DNA of 63,665 nt, counting the filler, from Pelomyxa schiedti (taxonomy: Eukaryota > Protista > Evosea): the NCBI GenBank assembly GCA_020536535.1. It is 12 parts of 12 records of this genome, joined end to end, with 100 filler letters (N's around TTAATTAATTAA, not from the genome) between each part and the next. Parts side by side here need not be neighbours in the genome. Positions count along the whole stretch, not along the records: positions 31,253 to 47,884 come from JAHLWZ010000118.1; positions 47,985 to 53,008 come from JAHLWZ010001531.1; 10 more parts are not named here. One strand, 5' to 3'. A program made the translations under genes and the position numbers. Under the pieces are notes generated by a model. The model had not been told where the DNA came from and did no database searches. It saw nothing but the letters and a program-made list of their open reading frames with translations. Below are positions 39,966 to 51,176 of the stretch, one piece after another (position 1 is the stretch's first letter; each line of letters opens with the position of its first letter).

Positions 39966-41192
39966 ATGGGACAAGGGCAATGTCAACACAAACAACCAAC
40001 TCACAGCACAACAACTTATGCCAAGTCACAAGTCCTGGCCATCCTATCTGCCTCAGTCTCTTCAAGAAGAGCACCAAAACCCACTCTTTCAGGGTCACCG
40101 CTAGAATCACCACAATCACTTTTCCGTTGGGTGCAGTCAACAGCCCTGGTGAGGGCATGGGCAAATGACTGGGTTCTGAGGCCTGACAGGTTCGCTGTGT
40201 TCCAGCTCCCTATCCATAACCACTTCCTGTACGTGAGTGTGTCAGCCACACTGGGACTCGTGGGATCATACTGGTTCACAGGCCGAGGCTGGGTGCGTGT
40301 TCTAGGGTGTGTTGGTGACGGCCTGTTACTGGTTCAGCCACAAGGTGAATACACCGAGTATGCCAGGGTGAAGGAATACATGATTGTGGATGTTAGTGAG
40401 TATTGCAACAGTGGGGCGTATTGTGGCTCACCCACAAAAGGGGCACATTCAGCTCACAGGGTTATGGCATCAATGAGAGCTCCACGTGTGCCTATGTGGT
40501 GCAACGAGAACTGGATTGTGGGGCTGTACAGTTGGGAAGAAATGCGTGTTTGGAAAGTGGGAGGCAGATCTGGTGGTTCTGTGATTGTATCTGAGGGAGT
40601 TCAAATCAAGGGAATAGATGCTATGAACCTGCAATTCTCACCACTGTGTGCTGACGTTGTGATGACATTCAGCTCAACGGCGCAGCCAAGGGGCTTTGTG
40701 ACATTCATTGACTTGGAAGCCAGCTTCAATTCGAAGCGCCTGGTCGTCAAATCAACAGTCAAGTGCTTTGCACACCTACCATTTGGTATCTTGTGGATGC
40801 CTGATGGTTCCACGTGCACCTTGCATTGCGATGATTCTTCATTCATTCTTTTGAGGGATACAACCACTGGCAATCCTGTGAAGCTGTTTCCCAAGCAGTC
40901 AAATGTGGTTCCAGTGGACCCACATCACATCTTTGCAATCACTCGTCCTTTCCACACAGAATTAGAAGTGTTTTCAGCCAGCAACCTCGCAACACCGTCA
41001 CTTCATGTTCCATGCACATGGGCATCCGCAAGTGTTCCATCAGGCCTCATTTTATCGACTTCACACCACGAAGTAAGAGACAGAAACATGACTGAAATTT
41101 ATTTCACATTGCATGACAGTGTCACTGGTTTTCATGTTGGTGACTTCTCAATCCCACTCCCTCATCCAGGTGAGTTAGAACTGTTTTGGTAG
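39966..41192 (+). CDS. Intronless 408-aa family protein (divergent module plus beta-propeller-like region)
   Basis: Long ORF: AKSQVLAIL...RAWANDWVLRP...VSVSATLGLV. Paralogue of 41330-42631. Confidence 0.75.
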   Translation: MGQGQCQHKQPTHSTTTYAKSQVLAILSASVSSRRAPKPTLSGSPLESPQSLFRWVQSTALVRAWANDWVLRPDRFAVFQLPIHNHFLYVSVSATLGLVGSYWFTGRGWVRVLGCVGDGLLLVQPQGEYTEYARVKEYMIVDVSEYCNSGAYCGSPTKGAHSAHRVMASMRAPRVPMWCNENWIVGLYSWEEMRVWKVGGRSGGSVIVSEGVQIKGIDAMNLQFSPLCADVVMTFSSTAQPRGFVTFIDLEASFNSKRLVVKSTVKCFAHLPFGILWMPDGSTCTLHCDDSSFILLRDTTTGNPVKLFPKQSNVVPVDPHHIFAITRPFHTELEVFSASNLATPSLHVPCTWASASVPSGLILSTSHHEVRDRNMTEIYFTLHDSVTGFHVGDFSIPLPHPGELELFW

Positions 41193-41329
41193 TTCCAACT
41201 TGTTAAGAATCTGCTGTGTAATTGACAATTCTTCAGTACCAAAATCTTTTCATTTTGGGAATTAATTCTGAATGAATTGTCACCCTGTTGACCAATTTTT
41301 GATTGTTTACATTCAAGAGACATAAAGTG

Positions 41330-42415
41330 TTATGTGTGGAGAGGGAGTGGAATTAAGAAGTCACCAACATGGAATCCAGTGATAGTATCATGTACTGAAA
41401 TTCGAATTTCAGTGGCATTGCTATCCTGCACTTTGTCATTTGATGATGAGGCAATGAGGCCCGTTGGAAGAGTGCTTGAAGATGCCCAAGTGCATGGAAC
41501 ACGAAGTGATGGTGTTGTGAGGTCGCTGGTGGAAAAAAACACCTGAAACTCGAAGCATGGTGAGGTGTTCACAAGCATGTGATGTGGTCCAACAGGTGTC
41601 ACTGTCCTTAACGCCCCGTGTTCAGTGGTGGACCACTGTGAAAAAGCCCAGAGTTCAGTGCCAGTTGTCATCTCTTTCAATAGATAGCCTCTTGAAGGGT
41701 CAAAGTGCAAGGTGCACATGGAACCATCAGGCATCAACAAGAGACCAAGTGGGAACCTGTGGCACTCCACTCTTGATCGAATGACCAGACTATTCCCACT
41801 GAGGCTGCCATTCAGATCAATGAAGCTCACAGATCCCCTGCCCGCCGGCCGTTGTGTGCTGCACGCCACAACAACATCATCGCACAGTGGCGAGAACTCC
41901 AGCCTATCTGCCTCCAAACCCTCGAAACGGCGCAGCCCCGACACCTCCCCGCTGACGCCATCACACCCAAGACAGACGAAGAACTCAGGCTTCACGTAAG
42001 CCGAGGCGGCCATGAACCCCGCCATCCACCTCCTGTTGATAGCCATCACGCACACGCCCATCTTGCCGCCCACGACGCCAAACGCGTCGCCGACACACAC
42101 CCTGGCCTCCTCGCCGCGGTCGCAGCCGCCCACGTCCGCAACGAAGTACTGGTGCCCGCGCAACATCAGGACACGGACCCTGCCCCCCTCGTCGCCGCGG
42201 CCGCCGACGCTGCCAAGCACGCTGACGTTGCGGTCCTGGCACGTGAACCAGTGGGACGACACCATCCCCAGCGTCGGTGACACGCTCACGCACAGGAAGT
42301 TGCGCGCAATGGGCAGGTAAAACACAGCGTCTGTGGTGGGCCTCAGCACCCAGTCCCTGGCCCAAGCCTTCACCAGCGCTGTGGACTGTGCCCATCGAAC
42401 CAATGATGGTGAGGC

Positions 42416-42479
<64 letters not shown>

Positions 42480-42631
42480 GGTGTTGTTGGTGGCGGCCTT
42501 GCTGCTGTCAGGGGGGCACAGAGCAGGACCATGACCTGTGACTTGGCCGTCGTGGTGGTCATCGGGTCGAAGTGGTGACGCATCTGTTGTTGTGGTTGCG
42601 GTTGTTGTTCTTGTGAGAGGGTGTGCCCCAT
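41330..42631 (-). CDS. Intronless 433-aa family protein with poly-Thr tract
   Basis: AKSQVMVLL...KAWARDWVLRP...VSVSPTLGMV. Shares FSPLC.DVV, MPDGS.CTLH and HD..TGFHVGDF with the convergent neighbour. Confidence 0.75.
42417..42479. repeat. (GTT)21 microsatellite encoding poly-Thr on the minus strand
   Basis: Perfect trinucleotide run. Confidence 0.95.
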
Positions 42632-42899
42632 CGTCGTTGGGCAATCAGTGTTTCCACTGCTTCTGTAAAAAGTTTCCTTTCCTTTTTTGGAGGAAAAAAA
42701 CTTGGATGAGCTCCGCCAGAGTTGAGCCCGAACTTACTGAGGGAGAGAGACCCCGAAGCTCTAGCTCTAAACCACGGTTGATGGTGGAGTCTACCATCAA
42801 TACTATGGGATGCGGCAAGTGTCACTAGGGCAAAAACTAGCTAAGAATCACAAATTAAACCTCAGAACTCAAAACAAACAAAGGATAGCAGCGCCTTGC

Positions 42900-44725
42900 T
42901 CAGGGAACAAAAATCCTGGGGTAGGCTCTTGTGAATTGGGTGACAAAGGAAAAACGGGGCACACATACCAATCACCTGTAGGGTGGGTGCTAATGGCATA
43001 AATGTAAAACGCAGCGGATGCTATGAACAGGGACTTGAGGGGAACACCCTTGTTCGATGATGAACTGATGATGCTCGTCGGGATGAACCGCGTCCACAGT
43101 TCGTTCGTCGATGCAAGGGCTCGGAAATCCCGGCAAACCTGTNNNNNNNNNNNNNNNNNNNNNNNNNNNNNNNNNNNNNNNNNNNNNNNNNNNNNNNNNN
43201 NNNNNNNNNNNNNNNNNNNNNNNNNNNNNNNNNNNNNNNNNNTATGAACAGGGACTTGAGGGGAACACCCTTGTTCGATGATGAACTGATGATGCTCGTC
43301 GGGATGAACCGCGTCCACAGTTCGTTCGTCGATGCAAGGGCTCGGAAATCCCGGCAAACCTGTGTGTGTGTCCGTGTGCGTGATTCAGGGAGGGGGTTGA
43401 TATTGATATACACATACAGCGGAAAGCCGGAAGAGAGCCTTTGGATCACAGAACGAGAAAATGTTCAGCCACAGTTCGTGTGGAAGAATCCCGAAAACAT
43501 TGCTGAAAAGTAATGACGGGCGGCGAATAGCGGCAGAAGGCCTCGATGTTCCAATGTGAGGCACAACGGCGTTCCACAGAGTTCCCTGTTTTTTCTTACG
43601 GTTAGTTGATTTCCTCTGAAGGTTTAGTGTTACCCAGAAAGAAACAGACTTCATCGTCTCGTTTGATGAAACGGATTGCTTTCTTTTCGAGTGTGGCATT
43701 CCAGTCGATCCTGTTGCGGCGGCTTTGATTGCGAGTGTGAAGAGGTCTTGAATGTGATCTCCATTCAATGAACTGATCTCAATGTACGCTGACGCATGAA
43801 GCTCTCGTGCCACCTGAAGTCGTGAGTGAAAAGTACGAGAATGTGAGTATCAGGGTTTACCTCAGAGGCCACTTCAAAAGAAACAGGGGGACCCGATATG
43901 ATCAGGGACTCGAGGACAGAAGGATCAGTCCTCAAATCACGTTTTGTTCCCACAAGGATGAATGGGGTTCCAGGGCAATGATGTGAAATCTAACAATCAG
44001 TCACTTTGGGGGTTCACAACAGGGTTGGATCAACTGAGAGAGATACAACTCACCTCAGGGTGCCACTGTTTCATATTCCCCCAGTGAGTAACAAAGAAAA
44101 AAACCAAGAAGGACTTATACCTTGTCTCGAACATTCTCCAAAGAGTGAGGAGAGAACACTGAAAAGCACACCTTGTGAGTTTGTGATGACAAAATGAAAA
44201 AAATATAGTGAAAAGAGGTGTTTTCCCGAGATTTTCGAGTCATACCAAGAAAAGATTTGTGTTGGGATAGCTCAGAGGTCTCACTCTATCGTACTCCTCA
44301 TCACCTGATGCATTTCAGTCAAAAAAGAACAGCTTATGGACTATGGACAAATCTAAGCACACAAAAGCCAAAAAAAAAGAAGTTCGTCTATTACCGGCAG
44401 TGTCCCACAATGACAAGTTGTACCGCTTGTTCTTGAACACAGTAGTCACACTGAATACACTTTCAATGAGATAAAGCAATCCTTTTTGTTACGTGTAATT
44501 CTGAAACACCTTGTGTGTCACTGTGTAAGAACGTAAGGGAAAACAAAAAGCGTACAGTTGGTCTGGAATCACTCGTATACGTTCCGCTGGCGTACCGTAC
44601 GTACATACACGTCTTGAACAGACGAAAAAAAACCGGGTGTGAATGTTAATTGTGGGACTCGTTGTTCTGTTACACACTTTCCCCACGGCCCCATCACCAA
44701 CAGCAAATATCTTGAGTGTATCCAT
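42900..44725 (-). CDS. Rho-family GTPase - F-box fusion (copy B, no Kelch)
   Basis: GDGAVGKT, LWDTAGDEEYDRVRPLSYP, GTKRDL. The single ORF 43385-43813 runs from the G5 motif (EISS) directly into the F-box LPHELWLNIFSF. Confidence 0.88.
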
Positions 44726-44813
44726 CCGCACCTCGTATTTACAAGGGCACGAAAAAAGTCAGTGATCGAATTACGAAATTACATGTTCCTGGAAAGGCAC
44801 TACTACTCGTTTC

Positions 44814-46371
44814 TCATGGAACAAAAATCCTGAACAACATAAGGAATCAAAGTGTCTGGGGGAGGATGTGCCACACACCAATCAGCAGGGAGGGTGGTTG
44901 TGTAAATGTAACACGCACCAGAAGACTTGAACAGGGACTTGAGGGGAACACCCTTGTTCGATGATGAACTGATGATGCTCGTCGGAATGAACCGCGTCCA
45001 CAGTCCGTCTGAGGACGCAAGTGCCCGGAAATCCCGGCAAACCTGTGTGTGTGTCAGTGTGTTTCAAGTGAATATTCATTATTGAACATGATGAATGTGG
45101 AGGGTGATGAATAGACATACAGCGGAAAGCCGGAAGAGATCCTTTGGGCCACAGAATGAGAAAATTTTGACCCACAGTTCGTGTGGAAGCATTTCAAAAA
45201 CGCTTAAAAGTGGGGGCTTCCATGTTCCAATGATAGGAACTGCGTTCCAGAGAGTGTTCCACAGATTTCCCTGTTTTTATGAGAGTGGCTCTGAAGGATG
45301 AGTGTTTACCCATGAAAATGATGAAACGGATTTCTTTCTTGTCGAGTGTGGCATTCCAGTTGATCCTGTTGTGGCGATTCTGATTGCGTGTGTGAAGAGA
45401 TCTTGGACGTGATCTCCAGTCAAGGAACTGATTTCAATGTATGCTGACGCATGAAGATCCATTGCCATCTGAAGATGAACAAGAGAAATGAGGGATGATT
45501 TGCCTTGAGAAATCAGGTTTACCTCAGAGGCCACTTCAAAAGAAACAGGAGCCAGATCTTGCACACCACAATCGATCATATGCTTGATGGCGACAGGGTC
45601 GATCCTCAGATCATGTTTCGTTCCCACAAGGATGAATGGGATTCCAGGACAATAATGAGAGATCTGATCCAAACAATAACAAAGCAATAATCACTTTGGG
45701 GGTTCACAACAGGAGTTGGGTCAACTGAGAGAGATACAACTCACCTCAGGGTGCCACTGTTTTCATATTCCCCAGTGAGTAACAAAAAAAAAAAAAAAAA
45801 CCAAGAGGTTTTTGTACCTTGCATCGAACATTCTCCAAAGAGAGAGGAGAGAACACTGAGAAGCACACCTTGCGAGTTTGTAATGACAAATGAAATTACC
45901 ATATTCAAGTCATACTATGAAAAGATTTGTTTCAGGATAGCTCAGAGGTCTCAGTATTTCTCGATCCCCACCTAGTGCAGACGGCAAAGAACAACAAATC
46001 AATCAAGCAAGAAGTTAAAAAAAAAAAAAAACCGGCAGTGTCCCACAATCCCAGGTGATACGGCTTGTCGTCGAACATGACATTCACACTTAATACATAT
46101 TTCAAAAAGTAAAAAGCGGATCCTTTTTGTTACGTGTAATTCTCAAACTCCTTTCGTGTCACTGGTAAGAACAAAAGACAGGAGGAAAAAAAAGAATAAG
46201 AATAAAGAAAGAGCATACACTCGGCACGTATTTGCTTGGAAACGATCCGCTGGCGTACCGTACGAACATGGACGTCTTGTGGTGTCAATGAAATTGTGGG
46301 ACGCGCACATTATTCCTACGTACTTTTCCCACGCCCACATCACCAACAGCAACAATCTTGAGTTTCTGCAT
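44814..46371 (-). CDS. Rho-family GTPase - F-box fusion (copy C, no Kelch)
   Basis: GDVGVGKT, YVPSEFENY, LWDTAGGDREILRPLSYP, GTKHDL, EISS, then LPHELWVKIFSF...VCRDFRALA. Ends WIFVP*. Confidence 0.85.
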
Positions 46372-46575
46372 CCCCTAACCACCAGCGATCGTAAATCGAA
46401 ATTTTTCAGGTTACGATAACTAACTCTAACAAGAGTATTGAGTGAGGAATCGGATGAAAGCGAATTTCAGAGTTTTTGAATGCAGAAGTTTGCCACAGCA
46501 TGTTGATTGGTGTGTGGATCTTTGAACAACTTTTCCTACGCCATCATCCACCTTTGGCCGTTAAAAATTTTCGAG

Positions 46576-47884
46576 TCAAAATTTAAATCGAAAATGTCTA
46601 GATCTGTGCTGCTCTACTGGAGGAACAAAAATCCTGCAGAAACGGGCCATAAGTAACAAAACAGGTGGTACAATGTGAATGTGCACACATACCAATCCGT
46701 GAGGTTTGATGATCTCCACAGAGACTTGAGGGGAACACCCCTCTCCAAAGATGAACTGATGATGCTCGTCGTACAGAACCGCGTCCACAGTCCGTCCGAG
46801 GACGCAAGTGCCTGGAAATCCCGGCAAACCTGTGTGCGTTCGTGTGTGTTAATGTGTGAGTATTTATTTATGAACATAATGGGAGGGCTCGATACACATA
46901 CAGCGGAAAGCCGGAAGAGATCCTTTGGATCACAGAACGAGAAAATGTTCAGCCACAGTTCGTGCGGAAGCATCCCGAAAACGTTGCTGAAAAGCTGAAG
47001 CCACCACGCATCACCGTGCATCTTTCCTTGTGTGNNNNNNNNNNNNNNNNNNNNNNNNNNNNNNNNNNNNNNNNNNNNNNNNNNNNNNNNNNNNNNNNNN
47101 NNNNNNNNNNNNNNNNNNNNNNNNNNNNNNNNNNGAAGAGATCCTTTGGATCACAGAACGAGAAAATGTTCAGCCACAGTTCGTGCGGAAGCATCCCGAA
47201 AACGTTGCTGAAAAGCTGAAGCCACCACGCATCACCGTGCATCTTTCCTTGTGTGTTGTGTTGTGTATCAGTTGTGGTTCGTGAGTGGATTGGGAAGTAA
47301 AGAACCTGATGGAGTGAGAGCACGACCACCTGCCAGGATCAACGAACCAGTCTCCGATGAAAGAAGAGTGTGGAATTCACGAACAGGTGGTGTGTTTCCG
47401 ATCTCAACTCGTGTCCACTCAAATGTCGATCCCAATGTGAGTCTGTGAGTGAATAATTTGGAGAATGATAAAGAGAGGAAGAAAAGAGAGGGAATACTTG
47501 AACAAAGCCATTGAAGAAGGATTTGCAGGGGGATCACAAGAGCACACAAACATTTCATCACCAATCACAGCAGCTGCGTGGCCTCGCATCGGTGGTGGTG
47601 TGATCCCCTGCGTCGCTGGTTGCAGCCACACCTTCGAGGAAATATCTGGGTGTGTGTGTGTGTTGTCATGTTATGTTACCATCGGGATTGGCATTGAAGA
47701 GATTGTTCACCGAAAATCCACACATCGTTGAGCCTCTTCCCGTTCATTGTTCCACCTGTTGACGTGTGTGAGGGGTAATGGGTGAGTGAGTTATTGTGGG
47801 TGAGTTTGATGAGAGGTTCACCAAAGATGATCATGGTTCCGTTGTGGCGAACTGCTGTGTGATGGAATCTCCGGCTTGGTGTTT
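46576..47884 (-). CDS. Kelch - F-box 3' portion (copy D), 5' end beyond contig edge
   Basis: Near-identical to ~36950-37890 of copy A (last Kelch blades plus F-box). Confidence 0.8.
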
Positions 47885-48379
47885 NNNNNNNNNNNNNNNN
47901 NNNNNNNNNNNNNNNNNNNNNNNNNNNNTTAATTAATTAANNNNNNNNNNNNNNNNNNNNNNNNNNNNNNNNNNNNNNNNNNNNCCATCACGTCCACCAT
48001 CCCCACCAAGTGAGGTTCTTCTCTGGTTCTTCTCTTTTGGATGATATTCTCTGGGCCACCCACACACACCACAACTCTTAAAATAAATGACCAGCTGTTG
48101 ACACAAGAAATAGGCACACTAGTGGCCAAACTGCTGGAGATCATAACGCCACTGATGCTTCCACAACACCTGGTTTATTATGTTTTTATTTTTTGCCAGT
48201 TCAGGTGATGGTTCGGCGAATCCAGCTATCGTCAAAGACCTTGTTGTTGTGATGCTACGGTTCCTTGTTTTGGGGAGTTGGAAAATAGGTCGACAACAGG
48301 TTCTCACTCCACTAAACTAAATCTCAAAATATGAAAAAGCATAACACTTGTTCTTGAACATATGTTCAAGAAAATAGTG

Positions 48380-49595
48380 TCACATCATTGCACAAGGGTC
48401 ACTGGATTTTGTGGAGGGTAGTTGAGGTAATGGGGTTGTGTCGGATATGGACGCTGCCAACTCGGCTGGTGGTTGGCCCATCTGGTTTGGCAATAAAACA
48501 ATGTCCATGGGTAATACAAAAGTTGTACCTCTTGGAGAAGTTGTACTATGGATAATAGGTCCTCATCTCCATCAGCGTTCTCCTTGCTCTCAAAAATGGT
48601 GCATATCTTGTGATGTTAGTATAAATTGTGGTCAAATTAATATAAATGCCTCGTTAATGCACTGCTGCTGCCGCCTGTATTTTTGCAAATGCTCAGGGCT
48701 GAGCTTGGACGCATTTTTTTCCATCCAGCTTGGCATCTACTGGTTGACGAATATATATTTGGAGAGGAGGAAAACAAGGTACCTTCTCTTTCAGTTGTAA
48801 CATTGGCGGATACAATAGTTGCTTGGACACAAATGGTTTGAACAACTGAGTGTGAAGGAATCTTTAGTATTAGTTGGGATTCTGCATCATATATATTGTG
48901 TCCATCGTTATTCCAGAACGCCACTCACAAAAAAAAAAAAAAAAAAAAAACCAGAGGAAAACTGATAACCTCAACGAGTGCTGCTTGAACTTCAGGATCC
49001 TCAACGCTTCCAAATTCCTGATTGAAAAACTCATCAATGGAACCATCGTCCTCACTTAGGGCCGGTATATTGGTATCCTAACGATAGGCCAACAAACCCG
49101 TAATCAATATTTTTCAATACAGTAGGCAAGTTGCGCTTTCACATACCATTCTTTTGATCTCCTCCGACAGTGACTGCAAGCTCGTCAGCAAATCACTAGT
49201 AGCCGCTACAAAATGTGAGGTGAAAACACACGGACGCAAAAATCAACACCACCAACAACACAAGGACACCAACAACACACACACACACGTGTGCGCACGC
49301 ACGTACCAGTGCCGGTGCTCGTTGGCGTCGTGTCGCCGCCCCCTGCTGTGGGCTGTGGCTCAGCAACCGTGACCACCGTGGTTGTGCTTGTGCTTGTGCT
49401 TGCGGTTGTGGTTGTGCTGCCCACACTCGTGGTTGTGGTTGCGGGTACATTTGTTTGCGGTGGTTGTTGTGGTGGATCTGCTGGTGGTGGTGGTTGCGCT
49501 TGAGTGGTTGGGGTGGTAGGCGAAGTGTTGCTCTCGTATTCGCGCAGGGCGCTCTCGAGGAACCCGTCAAGATCCTCCTCTGGCTCCCCGGACAT
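48380..49595 (-). CDS. PEX19: Peroxin-19 (copy 1)
   Basis: N-terminal EDLDGFLESALREY. C-terminal SKQLLYPPMLQLKEKMPSWM...KYRRQ..CINEICTIFE...LLQEMGQPPAEL. Ends with CaaX CAMM*. Confidence 0.9.
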
Positions 49596-50008
49596 GATTT
49601 CCGATAATTTGATCAATAACCTAAGGTAAGGTACCTACACTTTCACCAAGCGACTTCCAAATGGCATTCAACCAACAGCATGCTAGTTGCTTTACAAGGT
49701 TACAAATAGCACCGAGAGGGTTTTTACATGATGGGCTAAGCATCATAACAGACACCAGCCAACTGACCCACTTGATACACTCCCTCTGTGTTGTGTAAAT
49801 AGTTGAGACTAAGTGGAATGTTGGATATAAGCACACACATCAGGTTGTTCAGCCCTCACCCAGACCACGTATTTCACAGATGACTGCTCTACTAATGACT
49901 GTGGTGTTATTTGTGAACTCTTTCCAGTTTGAAGACTGTGCAACTGAGGATGGACTCTTATTGCTTATTATATCCTGGTTTTGGGGAATATTTTGTAAGT
50001 ACCAATTA

Positions 50009-51069
50009 TCACATAATTACACAGGGGTCACTGGATTTTGTGGAAGGTGTTTGAGGTAATGGTGTTGGTTCCAAGAGTGATGCTGCAAACTCAGGTGGTA
50101 GTTGGAAAAGTTGTACCTCTTGGAAAAGTTGGAGAATGGATAATGTGTCTTCATCATCAGGGTTCTCCTTGCTCTCAAAAATGGTGCATATCTTGTGAGG
50201 AAAAATTGGTATTGTGAAATTAATTAATTTAAATAAATGCCTCGTTAATGCACTGCTGCTGCCTCCTGCATTTTTGCAAATTCTCAGGGCTGAGCTTGGG
50301 TGCATTTTTTTCAATCCAGCTTGGCATCTACTGGTTGATGAATATTTATTTGGAGAGGAGGAAAACAAGGTACCTTCTCTTTCATTAGTAACACTGACGG
50401 ATACAATAGTTGCTTTGACACTAATGGCTTTAAAACCTGAGTGAAGGGATCTTTAGTATTAGTTGGGATTCTGTATCATATATTGTATCCGTCGTTATTC
50501 CAGAACACCACTCCAAAAAAAACAGAGGAAACTGATAACCTTAATGAGTGCCTCTTGAACTTCTTCTTGAACTTCAGAATCCTCAGATTCCTGATCGCCG
50601 GTTTGTAGACCTTCTGTTAGAATGCCACCAATATTCTGGCCCTAAGAAGAAGACGATGGTTCCAATACAGTATTGGCATGGTGTGCTTTCACATACCATT
50701 TTTTTGATCTCCTCCGACAGTGACCGCAACATCGTCAGTGCCGCTACAAAATGCGAGGTTAAAACGCACGGACCACCAACACACACACACGCACACACGC
50801 ACACACGTGTGCACGCACGTACCAGTGCCGGTGCTCATTGCCGTGGTGTCGACCACCCCTGCTGTGGGCTGTGGCTCAGCAACCGTGACCACCGTAGTGC
50901 TTGTGGGACCATTTGCTTGTTGTGATTGTGGTGCAGCCTGCTGATCTGGAGCTGGTGGTGGTGGTTGCGCATGAGTGGTTGAGGTGGTAGACGAAGTGTT
51001 GCTCTCGTATTCGCGCAGGGCACTCTCGAGTAACGCGTCAAGATCGTCTGCCGGTGCAACGCCACTCAT
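50009..51069 (-). CDS. PEX19: Peroxin-19 (copy 2)
   Basis: DDLDALLESALREY, same exon structure apart from the last intron, ends with CaaX CVIM*. Confidence 0.85.
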
Positions 51070-51176
51070 GATTGCCCTTAATTTGATCAAAAACCAACCG
51101 ACACTTCCAGGAAGAGGAATTCCCGCCGGTCTGGTATTCTTCACAGCAAGCAGTGTTTTGATTGACGGATTAGATT

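Noticed and set aside
12793-47255. Exact 61-121 bp direct repeats that look like exon duplications or LTRs
   Set aside because: Each flanks a 100-N gap, the pattern of unmerged k-mer overlaps from scaffolding.
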